This document shows positions 1 through 8,354 of a stretch of 32,000 nt of DNA, in pieces. The translations under genes were made by a program, and so were the position numbers. This DNA is from Amoeboradix gromovi X-113 (taxonomy: Eukaryota; Fungi; Sanchytriomycota), in assembly GCA_018985225.1 (NCBI GenBank), contig JADGIF010000001.1, forward strand, positions 63,617-95,616. The letters run 5' to 3'. Every line of letters starts with the position of its first letter. Positions within the stretch are counted from its first letter, which is position 1. Under the pieces are notes generated by a model. That model saw only the letters and a program-made list of their open reading frames with translations. It ran no database searches and had not been told where the DNA came from.

Positions 1-1
1 G

Positions 2-79
2 AAGATATATGGAGTAAATGCTGATGTATTTAATAAGATTCAGTCACCAGGCAGTGTAGCGTTTTTAAGGGAAATGTAG
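2..79 (+). CDS. Possible 3' end of an upstream gene (partial, unknown)
   Basis: Open frame from the window edge (KIYGVNADVFNKIQSPGSVAFLREM*) ending TAG at 77-79, consistent with the tight gene packing; no recognisable motif. Confidence 0.35.
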   Translation, partial: KIYGVNADVFNKIQSPGSVAFLREM

Positions 80-125
80 TAAATTAATAGCTTCGTATCA
101 TTTGTTTTACCTCTTTGAAACCAGC

Positions 126-653
126 ATGTCTTTTGATGATGATTTTGATGTACCGTTAACAGATATCATGGCAAATGTATCAGAAGTAACAGTACTTAAG
201 CATGAGTCGAAGAGATTCTCTGAGCACTATTATACTATTTATCCATATTATTTCAATTCTACAAAGTTGCCGAAATGCACTAGAAGCTGTTATGAAGGAG
301 TGGACATCACAATATATCACTTGACAAAGACGTTAACTAGCATGGGATACGAATTTAAGCTGGAATGGAAGAGACATCCGAGAGATTTATTCCATATGGG
401 AAGATTACTAGTGTTCACAAACAAAAAGAAGAGAGCATTACTCAATGAAATTGGTCAGAATTTACCAATATGCTTCAAAGAATTTGATGATCAGGTAACG
501 GAATTTAAAAGATTGGCAGATCAGGGAGTATCTTCAAATGATGAATACTTGTTAGTTGTTGATCCATTCTACGTACCTACTGCAATGCGAAAAGCTGAAA
601 AGGAAGCACCGGAAAAGGTGAAATCCAAGAAATCTGGCAAGAAAAAGAGCTAG
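126..653 (+). CDS. SEC65: Signal recognition particle 19 kDa subunit (SRP19/Sec65)
   Basis: YTIYPYYFNS, EWKRHPRD...GRL motifs and a Lys-rich tail typical of SRP19; first ATG at 126 (the ORF track uses TTG at 102). Confidence 0.85.
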   Translation: MSFDDDFDVPLTDIMANVSEVTVLKHESKRFSEHYYTIYPYYFNSTKLPKCTRSCYEGVDITIYHLTKTLTSMGYEFKLEWKRHPRDLFHMGRLLVFTNKKKRALLNEIGQNLPICFKEFDDQVTEFKRLADQGVSSNDEYLLVVDPFYVPTAMRKAEKEAPEKVKSKKSGKKKS

Positions 654-664
654 GCCTATAATAA

Positions 665-1813
665 ATGTCAATTAGTTTCAAAGCCTCTTATAAGACTACT
701 GCAATTACTCAAGCATTTGCTAAAAGAAATTGGACAGAAAAGAACGTGGATGACTCAGATTTCACATTATTTTGGAGTGATGTTTCCTGGATATACAAGT
801 TTATGGATTCGCTGCCATTGCAGAAACACCAGCTAATCAATCACTTTAGAAACAATTATGAGCTAACAAAGAAAGACTTACTGATCAAGAATTTAAAGAT
901 GTATTGGAGGAAGTCCAATCCTTTTGCTCTATTTTATGATGCTGTAGACAACATTGTACCAGTGAGTTTCGAAATTCCTACGGAATTTGCAATATTTCAT
1001 GACTATTATAAGAAAAATCCAAAGAAAATGTGGATTATGAAGCCATCTGGAAAATCACAAGGTAAGGGTATATTTATGGTTACTAAACTGGCTCTAGTTC
1101 GTGCTCAATATGACCAGTGCCGTAAAGTCCTGGGGATGTCCTTTGCAGAAAGAGAAAATTTGGAATCCTCGGAAGTTGAATCTTATGTTGTACAGGAATA
1201 CATCATAAATCCGCTTCTTATAGGGTTTCGAAAGTTCGACATGAGACTATATGTTTTAGTGACCAGTTTCTGTCCTCTTATAGTCTATATTCATAAGCTA
1301 GGATTTTGCAGATTTAGCCAAAGTTTGTATTCTCTTGATTACTCCAATCTGGCCGTGCATGCCACTAACGTTGCAATTCAAAAAAACCACTGCGATTACA
1401 ACAAGAAGTATGGGTGTAAATGGAATTTAAACAAATTCAGAAGCTATCTTGCGGCTAAAAAGGGATATGATGCTTGCGTTGAGCTATTCAACAACATTGA
1501 AAAGGTTATTCTAACTTCACTTTTTTCCGTGGAAAACAGAATAATACATTCTAATCAAGCATTTGAGCTATACGGATATGACGTATTAATTGACGAAAAC
1601 CTTAAACCCTGGTTAATCGAGGTTAATGCCAGTCCTTCTCTCACAAGCGAGAACGATGAAGATCTGTCTATAAAAGTCAAAGTTTTGTCTGATATGCTGG
1701 ATTTGCTGCATTTAGACAAGAAAGTTGAGTTTGTGAACGGATTTCAACCGGTTTACAATAACGGATTTATTGCCGCAGATGAGACATATTATTCTAAAAT
1801 AGGTACAAAGTAA
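665..1813 (+). CDS. TTLL9: Tubulin polyglutamylase, TTLL9/TTLL1 family
   Basis: INHFRNNYELTKKDLLIKNLK, WIMKPSGKSQGKGIF, KFDMRLYVLVTS, HATNVAIQK, FELYGYDVLID, LIEVNASPS: TTL ATP-grasp motifs most like TTLL9. Confidence 0.85.
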   Translation: MSISFKASYKTTAITQAFAKRNWTEKNVDDSDFTLFWSDVSWIYKFMDSLPLQKHQLINHFRNNYELTKKDLLIKNLKMYWRKSNPFALFYDAVDNIVPVSFEIPTEFAIFHDYYKKNPKKMWIMKPSGKSQGKGIFMVTKLALVRAQYDQCRKVLGMSFAERENLESSEVESYVVQEYIINPLLIGFRKFDMRLYVLVTSFCPLIVYIHKLGFCRFSQSLYSLDYSNLAVHATNVAIQKNHCDYNKKYGCKWNLNKFRSYLAAKKGYDACVELFNNIEKVILTSLFSVENRIIHSNQAFELYGYDVLIDENLKPWLIEVNASPSLTSENDEDLSIKVKVLSDMLDLLHLDKKVEFVNGFQPVYNNGFIAADETYYSKIGTK

Positions 1814-1828
1814 ATTTATTAACTGCAG

Positions 1829-3426
1829 TTATATAACAGTCCATTGTAAGTACTTTTCGGCATACTCTTCTGCGTCCTCGTATTCAAAGTTAGATGGTTT
1901 AGTGGTTAAGCTGACTTTCAGTAATAGCTCATTCCCTAATTCTGAAATGCAATGCAATGCATAATCCAAGTCTTCTTTTGTGTGAGCAGCCGACAAACAG
2001 AATCTAACTCTGCTAGAAATTATAGGAGTTGCTGGATAACCACTAAATAAGTACTAAATTACACTACTACAACGGCAATGCCTCTTTCTTTCATTCCTCT
2101 TGAAAATCCAGGGAGTTTTGCAGTGTTAAACAGCAATAATGGTACAACTGGCGATGCAGGGTCACCTAGAACACAAAATCCCATATTCTTTAGGTGATGG
2201 TAAAAGTATCGACTATTCTCATGGAGCTGATTAATCCGATACAGTCCCTCATTGCTTAAAATACTGGAAAACGCAGCCGTTACTTGATGAACAACTGGCA
2301 ACGGCATTGGTTCACAGTACACCATGCCGTGAGAGCTCTTTCTCAGAAACCGAGTTAAAACTTTACTACCAGCAATATAACCTCCAGCGGCTCCGAAACT
2401 CTTTGTGAATGTACCCATTAAAATATCAACATCCTTTGGATTTACTCCTAAATGCTCACATACACCCCTACCAGTATTCCCTAATGCTCCGATTGAGTGT
2501 GCTTCATCCAGGTATAAGTAAAAATTGAATTTCTTTTTTAATGATACAATTTCTTTTAAATGAACAATGCTGCCTTCCATACTGTATAAACCTTCTACTA
2601 CAACTAATATTTTTTTCCAAGGTCTATGAGTCCTGGGTTGTCCTTGAGAAATGGCATCACTTAAGACTACTGCCAAACTAGCTGCATTGTTATGTTCAAA
2701 CACCTTTATTGTGGCACCGCTTAACCTAGCACCAGTAACCAGTGAGCTGTGATTAAATTCATCAGAAATAATTAGACTACCTTTACCAACAAGTGCGGGA
2801 ATAACCGTAGAGTTCGTTGCAAATCCCATGCTAATTACAATAGCATCTTCGCTACCAATATATTCTGCCACCAACTTTTCCAATTCAACATGTGATTTTG
2901 TATTAAAATCGGACCTACTAGCACTTACGCCTAAGCCTTTAGTCATGTTTTCTTGGACAAACTCAGCACAATCACCCTCGCATTCGGCAAATCCTAAATA
3001 ATTGTAACTACTCAGATTTAAGACTCTTTGACCGAATCCAGTAAATTGAAATGACTTACAGTAGTCTTCAGTACTTCTGTCTTTAAGAGTCATAAATCTG
3101 CCAGCGGCTGAACAGATAGGCCTATTAAAACAGTCACGTATGCGTCTATAGATTCTGCGTATGAAGAAATTGCTGAAATCATTAACTAATGGAGCATATC
3201 CGTCATTGTTCTTCAAATGGGAATACTCTTCGCTTTTAAAGACTTTTCCAAAAACATCTCGGATATGTCCAAAAAGTATCAACAAAAGATAATTCAGGTA
3301 AGTAGTTATTATAACATACATTTTCACATCATCCTCAACCTTCTGATGTACATGTGAATGGACGTCACCTTTATTGCTTAATAAGGAAATTGCAGAATCT
3401 TTAGCTCTCTCTTGCTTACCCTTCAT
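1829..3426 (-). CDS. LCB2: Serine palmitoyltransferase subunit 2; spliced, exons 2063-3426 and 1829-2042 (525 aa)
   Basis: [27 protein letters not shown] and the PLP lysine motif GTFTKSFG. Removing the 20-nt intron restores the conserved [27 protein letters not shown]; ATG at 3426. Confidence 0.95.
2043..2062 (-). other. 20-nt spliceosomal intron in LCB2
   Basis: GTAATTTAGTACTTATTTAG; excision joins GT|T GGT TAT CCA = V-G-Y-P, the conserved LCB2 sequence. Confidence 0.92.
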
Positions 3427-3578
3427 ATTGGAAATAAAAATGCGTTTCAGATTAAAATCTGAACGTGTAAACGGGATTGCGTTACAAGAATTGCGCGTTG
3501 AGTTATGCTGACTCAAACACACAGTAACACATCCGATTTAATCTTGTATTCTAAAATAAACCATTCCCCTGTTTTGTG

Positions 3579-4088
3579 ATGGTGCAGCTATTTGTGATCA
3601 CTGCATCGAGTCATGCTGTCAAAGAACACTGGGAAGCTTGTGGATTATCCACCGCTACAGAATCTTTAGGGATAAGAACCTATTTGTTTGAAAACCAAAA
3701 GATATATTATATCTCACTGAGTAATTATGAGTTTATTTATCAGTTACCGCTGCATAGTTTAATCCAGATAAATAATGTGAAGCTTCTAGATGTGCTGCTA
3801 AATAAATGGAATAGAAAAAGAGATCAGCTTTATCAAGGTTATTCTACTAGTTGTTGTAACATTGATTTTAAAGTATTTCAAATCAACAACCTAACTCTTC
3901 TTGAAATATCTGGTGAGTTTAAGAAATGCCCACCAGTGCTATTAGAGAAGATTGTGCCATTTCATTTGCAGCAAACTTCTGAAGTTTTGATTAAAACTCA
4001 TTTATTCAAAAATTGTACAATCGAGCCAAATACCAGAGACGGGATGCTTTTATGGCTGCAAGCTATTTTTGAACACGAAATTCAGTAA
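3579..4088 (+). CDS. Hypothetical protein, possibly a degenerate small-GTPase fold (RSG1/CPLANE2-like)
   Basis: 169-aa ORF filling the gap between genes; faint resemblance only (TESLGIRT, KLLD, KRDQLY, GMLLWL); no intact P-loop. Confidence 0.45.
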   Translation: MVQLFVITASSHAVKEHWEACGLSTATESLGIRTYLFENQKIYYISLSNYEFIYQLPLHSLIQINNVKLLDVLLNKWNRKRDQLYQGYSTSCCNIDFKVFQINNLTLLEISGEFKKCPPVLLEKIVPFHLQQTSEVLIKTHLFKNCTIEPNTRDGMLLWLQAIFEHEIQ

Positions 4089-4089
4089 A

Positions 4090-5214
4090 TCAAATACTTC
4101 TCAATACTCGCTGTCTATTCTGCGAGGGTTGAAATATATTCCTCACCAAACTCTGTAATCTAGAAGATTCAATAGTCCACCTCCTCCGGGGTATATCCAA
4201 CAGTGCTATATTTAGGATTGCCTTGGTATCTGATAGTTCTTCCAACTCAGAATTTTGCGGAGCTATATCAATGCACTTGTCTATTAGTAGACATAAATCA
4301 TCTATCAAATTTGCACTAATTGGAGAAAAGTGGATTCCATTTAAAACCTGAGTTTTGACGTGGTTCCACAACATGGCAAACAGCTCATCATTTATATAAT
4401 CAAATGTATTGAAATGTAAGGATTTAAATTGGTCCAGTAGCTCTATAAATGATTTTATTCTGTTTCTAGAGCTATCAAAAGATTGCAGAGATTCTGCCAC
4501 TGGTAAAAGTATCTTGTGTTCCTCATAAATAAGGTTTACAACGAAGATAAAATACTTTCGAGGTACATGATATCTAAGGTTCAAAATAGCAATATCATTT
4601 AACATATGAATTGGGTATTCACAACTCGAGGCGACGAATGTATCGAGTACTGATTCATCAAATCCAAACACGTCAAAGTAAGCCAAAAGTGGATAAACAC
4701 CAAGGCAATCTAGCAGTTTGTCTTTAGTTTTGCGTAGGTTCAGAACATTTAGTACATCTGAGAGATGTATTGATAGCAATTGCTTATTTATTGATAAATA
4801 ATCTTTGTTTAGAACATTTGATGAGAACCCCAAGACTAGATCATGATAGTCTAAAGAAAGCTTATCATAACATTCAACCGCTTCTTTGACACCGTGATCT
4901 ATCAATTCTTTTAGGAGTTCGTGGTTACGGAGGTTGTTAAAATGATTTATCAAGTTGGCTCTGGCGCGAGAAGGATGAATTGCATTGTCTAGCTCAATCG
5001 TCTTACTCAATATATTCTGGAGTTCCACAAACTGTTTGTAGTCCTCTATTAAGTTGTAAATTTTGCCTTGTTCCGTTGGAGAAATTAATTTTATCAGTTT
5101 TTCGTTGACGGTCTGGGTCTTTTTGAATTGAGATAACACAACATATTTTAAAGATGAGTCTATTTTCTCCAAAGGATATTCAGTGAACTCGAATTGATTG
5201 ATGTCATGTTGCAT
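4090..5214 (-). CDS. Shortened ZW10/Dsl1-like protein
   Basis: C-terminus ILNIALLDIPRRRW...LQSLVRNIFQPSQNRQRVLRSI resembles the conserved ZW10 C-terminus (L.ASL.EI..RW ... VKALIRALFQNTERRA.AL..I). Confidence 0.55.
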   Translation of the reverse strand: MQHDINQFEFTEYPLEKIDSSLKYVVLSQFKKTQTVNEKLIKLISPTEQGKIYNLIEDYKQFVELQNILSKTIELDNAIHPSRARANLINHFNNLRNHELLKELIDHGVKEAVECYDKLSLDYHDLVLGFSSNVLNKDYLSINKQLLSIHLSDVLNVLNLRKTKDKLLDCLGVYPLLAYFDVFGFDESVLDTFVASSCEYPIHMLNDIAILNLRYHVPRKYFIFVVNLIYEEHKILLPVAESLQSFDSSRNRIKSFIELLDQFKSLHFNTFDYINDELFAMLWNHVKTQVLNGIHFSPISANLIDDLCLLIDKCIDIAPQNSELEELSDTKAILNIALLDIPRRRWTIESSRLQSLVRNIFQPSQNRQRVLRSI

Positions 5215-5276
5215 ATCTATTTCAAGGAGAACGATTCCATTTTTATTAATTTCAAATTTTAGACGTCGCGCTTTGC

Positions 5277-6416
5277 ATGTTTACAACAAACGATGTATTT
5301 CACAGTGCTATTGTTAAATTGGAAGGAATTCCATGGGATCTTAGAGTTGAAGAGATTTTAAACATGTTGTACCCTTTTGTGCCAATAGGACAGCCTCCAA
5401 GATTGCATATACCCATAGATGTAATTACTGGAAAAACGCTTTCTTGTGCGTTTATAGAAATTGGCACTATGGAAAATGCTTATGCTTGTGTAAGGCATTT
5501 GGAATCCAGGAGACCTATTCTACATGGCAAGGCACCCAGGGTTACTGTCTCCAACCACGTAGAATTACAGAATGCGTTCTTTTCCAATGGAAGCCTTGTT
5601 CGGGAAGATGTTATTAAAATATTGACTGTTTGTAGAAACTACAAACGTCAATATAACAGAAGGTGTCCCAATAGACCGTTCGATTATGTTATATCGCTCA
5701 TACAAATATTTTCGTTTGATTCTATCCAAGAGGCAACGCAAAGAGATCAAATCTTTGAGTTCCATAAAAATGCTGTAGAGTTGTTGAAAATTTTTACTAA
5801 AAAAGATTTTTCGTACTTTAGAAAAGACTTATTGTATAGCCTGGTACTATGTGGAGTAGTATGTCTCGGATACACTTTAAAACAGCGTGAAGTACTAGTC
5901 AGAACTAGTCAAATTAATTTACCTGAGCGTTATATTAGGTATTTGAAGGATGAAGAGACTACTGGGCATTTAGTGAGAAGATTGAAGAGAAAGCTAGAAG
6001 TTCCATTGCTGGGTAAGTTTTCAGGGTTTGGTCATACTTTAATTAAACAGTTTACGCACGAAATTCAAATTCCTGATCTATATGATTTGAGTAGTCAGAT
6101 GTGTTCAAGACCATCCGGAGTTGTCCCAGTAGCTAGACATTCATCATATGAAAGCAATAGGTTTGACAGCAATAGTGAAATCAAGAGATTGACTGAGATA
6201 ATTATTGAAAACCAAACCCGAATTGGCAATATTGAACGAGCTATGAAAGACTTAATTACAATCAGACAAGCCAAAGAAGCCAAGGATGAAGCCAAAGATT
6301 TTCCATCATTAGATGTAGCTACTGAAGTATCGGAGTTATTTAAATGTGGTGCATGCTGCAAAGTTGATCATTTGCATTCAAAACTAGCGGCGCTAGAACC
6401 GGAAACCCAAATGTGA
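5277..6416 (+). CDS. RRM-domain RNA-binding protein with C-terminal coiled coil; last codons supplied by a transposon end
   Basis: AIVKLEGIPWD...GKTLSCAFIE RNP2/RNP1-like motifs; the terminal TQM* lies inside the 6404-6689 element. Confidence 0.7.
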   Translation: MFTTNDVFHSAIVKLEGIPWDLRVEEILNMLYPFVPIGQPPRLHIPIDVITGKTLSCAFIEIGTMENAYACVRHLESRRPILHGKAPRVTVSNHVELQNAFFSNGSLVREDVIKILTVCRNYKRQYNRRCPNRPFDYVISLIQIFSFDSIQEATQRDQIFEFHKNAVELLKIFTKKDFSYFRKDLLYSLVLCGVVCLGYTLKQREVLVRTSQINLPERYIRYLKDEETTGHLVRRLKRKLEVPLLGKFSGFGHTLIKQFTHEIQIPDLYDLSSQMCSRPSGVVPVARHSSYESNRFDSNSEIKRLTEIIIENQTRIGNIERAMKDLITIRQAKEAKDEAKDFPSLDVATEVSELFKCGACCKVDHLHSKLAALEPETQM

Positions 6417-6689
6417 ATTTCTTAAATAAATCATAGTTCTCTTCAATTTTATTAGCGTATTTTATAAAACATTTAGTAATACGAATAACACCATTTAAAG
6501 GATTTTAGCGACCTCTCATTGGAACGCAACTGTTGATGAAGAATGAAAAGCTATCCAATTTCGTTAGAGTTGCCACAATCCAAAAAGAAGATTCAAGGAA
6601 GATGCTTAAATGGCACTTACCCAAGTTGTCTACACTGAAGGAGTGTGGGATCTCGAAGTAATTTGAGAGCTTCACATTTAACGTAGGCG
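6404..6689 (+). mobile_element. Non-autonomous Fanzor2/TnpB-type element, copy A (retains ORF start and omegaRNA-like end)
   Basis: Inverted duplicate of 21114-21423: 148-bp 5' arm with 2 mismatches and an identical 88-bp 3' arm. Preceded by AACCG; direct repeat GA (extendable to CGGAA) on both sides; 16/19 subterminal inverted repeat 6409-6427 vs 6661-6679. Confidence 0.85.
6602..6689 (+). ncRNA. Putative omegaRNA scaffold (copy A)
   Basis: Hand-folded: closing stem TTAAATG(6606-12)/CATTTAA(6675-81); hairpins CTACACT-GAAGG-AGTGTGG and TCTCGAA-GTAA-TTTGAGA with G.U pairs; possible pseudoknot CTTAC(6616-20)/GTAGG(6683-87) at the element end. Confidence 0.6.
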
Positions 6690-6714
6690 GAACTCAAGAA
6701 ATAATAAAACAACT

Positions 6715-7362
6715 TTATTTAATATTTTTAGCTATGTCATAAACACCATTCAGTGCTGTAATAGTGCCAAACAATCCAATCGAAGACTCCGAGAACGAAG
6801 TGTATCCCAAAGAATTCAATGGAATCATTAAATCTATAAAATCCATGAACAATGACTTTTTGGAAATCAATTTCTCACGAATGAGCTGCTGCCTTTGAGG
6901 GTAATTGAAGGTCAAGTGCAACTGCTTAATTAAACTCAAAACAATACCAAAGGCCCAAAAACGCATGTGAAATTCTTTAATACTTTTTAATCGATCTTTT
7001 GAGGGGGAATAAAGCCTTAAACCATTGAACAATAAGGCATGATCGCAATAGAAGAAAAATTGCATGGAAATATTGCGAGCCACAGATAAAAAGCGAACGA
7101 CGGGATCTTTATCTCCTGTACCTTTAAAATTTTGAGTTTCTTCCACCAAAGGTACAAAAAAATCTAAGCGGAATAGCCGTAGCCATTTCCTGGTAAGTGA
7201 GCCGCTGATCATTATAGATCGGAATTTTTCTTGCAACTCACCAGTTGTGTGCTGAACTAAAAAGCGACAAAGGTATTGAACTGATCGATAAACCTTGTCT
7301 CTTCCAGCAGTGGTAGCAAAATAGATTTGAAATGTCTTCAAAGCTCTTAAACCTTTAAGCAT
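6715..7362 (-). CDS. PEX11: Peroxisomal membrane protein PEX11
   Basis: ATTAGRDKVYRSVQY, SLTRKWLRL, DFIDLMIPLNSLG...IGLFGTITAL match the PEX11 consensus. Confidence 0.88.
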   Translation of the reverse strand: MLKGLRALKTFQIYFATTAGRDKVYRSVQYLCRFLVQHTTGELQEKFRSIMISGSLTRKWLRLFRLDFFVPLVEETQNFKGTGDKDPVVRFLSVARNISMQFFFYCDHALLFNGLRLYSPSKDRLKSIKEFHMRFWAFGIVLSLIKQLHLTFNYPQRQQLIREKLISKKSLFMDFIDLMIPLNSLGYTSFSESSIGLFGTITALNGVYDIAKNIK

Positions 7363-7691
7363 TGTTTTGAAAATTCTAATTTATTAATTTTAAGGAAGAC
7401 TCTACCGATTTAAGAGTAGTTAGCTGCCTCCTGAGAAATATCTGAATGAGTTGAATAGCACTGGATCTTGAAGCAGTATTAACTAGCGCAAAATTGACTG
7501 GGTCTTGCTTAATTGCCAAATTCATTAAACTTCTAGAAAGTACTTTCTTGTAAAGATTGCTTGATTTGAAATCTATGATGCTTTTCGAATAGCACTTTTG
7601 CATCACTATATTGGATCGAGTCTGCTCTTTATAATGGCGAATGCTGATCATTATTTCACCCCAGCCTCACGTGCTACTTTGCAATTGCTCT

Positions 7692-8345
7692 ATGCATCCA
7701 CTCATCCAATTTGCCAAAACAATCGATTTCAAAGTCATTCAATATGCGCAATCTCTCTTTTTAAAGATAACTGGTAACCGGTATCAACATTTCCTAGCCT
7801 ATTTTCCTATTTTGTATTATGTGCTATGCTACTATGGAAAAAGACAGCAAACATTTGGCGAGTCACTATCTATGATAAAATTGAACAACTCTAAGATACG
7901 GCTTCTGTCGGCTATATTGCTGCAATTTATCTTTGCACCAAAGTTTCCGGAGTACAAGCATGTTTTTGAGAAACTTAATGACATTTTGTATTACTTGTTT
8001 TCAGTACCTGGTTGGCTAGCAATATTTAATCTAAAATACAACCTGACTAGGCCTCCTTTGCCATTTGACAAATCTAAGGTTTTCCAGTACATCGGAATTT
8101 GTTCAATCGTTTATTACGGGATCCAGGAGACTAAAAGATTAGCCGCAATGACTATATCTGAGGGAAATGAGTCTAATTTTACTTGTTCTTTATGTCTCGA
8201 TCCAGTATCTAGTATTACCAGCTTTCCTTGCGGGCATACTAGCTGCTGGAGCTGTGCTGTTGGTTGGGTCCAAAAGCAACCGAAGTGCTACATCTGCAGA
8301 GAGAAGTGCGAGTTACAAGATCTTATAATGCTAAACGGAAGTTAA
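7692..8345 (+). CDS. PEX10: Peroxin 10, RING-finger E3 ligase
   Basis: QTFGE (TLGEEY-like Pex2/12 motif) and C-terminal RING CSLCLD...PCGH.SCWSC..GW...PKCYICR; start uncertain (7641 or 7692). Confidence 0.75.
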   Translation: MHPLIQFAKTIDFKVIQYAQSLFLKITGNRYQHFLAYFPILYYVLCYYGKRQQTFGESLSMIKLNNSKIRLLSAILLQFIFAPKFPEYKHVFEKLNDILYYLFSVPGWLAIFNLKYNLTRPPLPFDKSKVFQYIGICSIVYYGIQETKRLAAMTISEGNESNFTCSLCLDPVSSITSFPCGHTSCWSCAVGWVQKQPKCYICREKCELQDLIMLNGS

Positions 8346-8354
8346 GTAATGGGT

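Noticed and set aside
2059-2061. Stop-codon reassignment or readthrough to explain the truncated LCB2 and lipase ORFs
   Set aside because: LCB2 needs a frame change that a 20-nt GT-AG intron explains, and TAA, TAG and TGA all end genes at the expected positions
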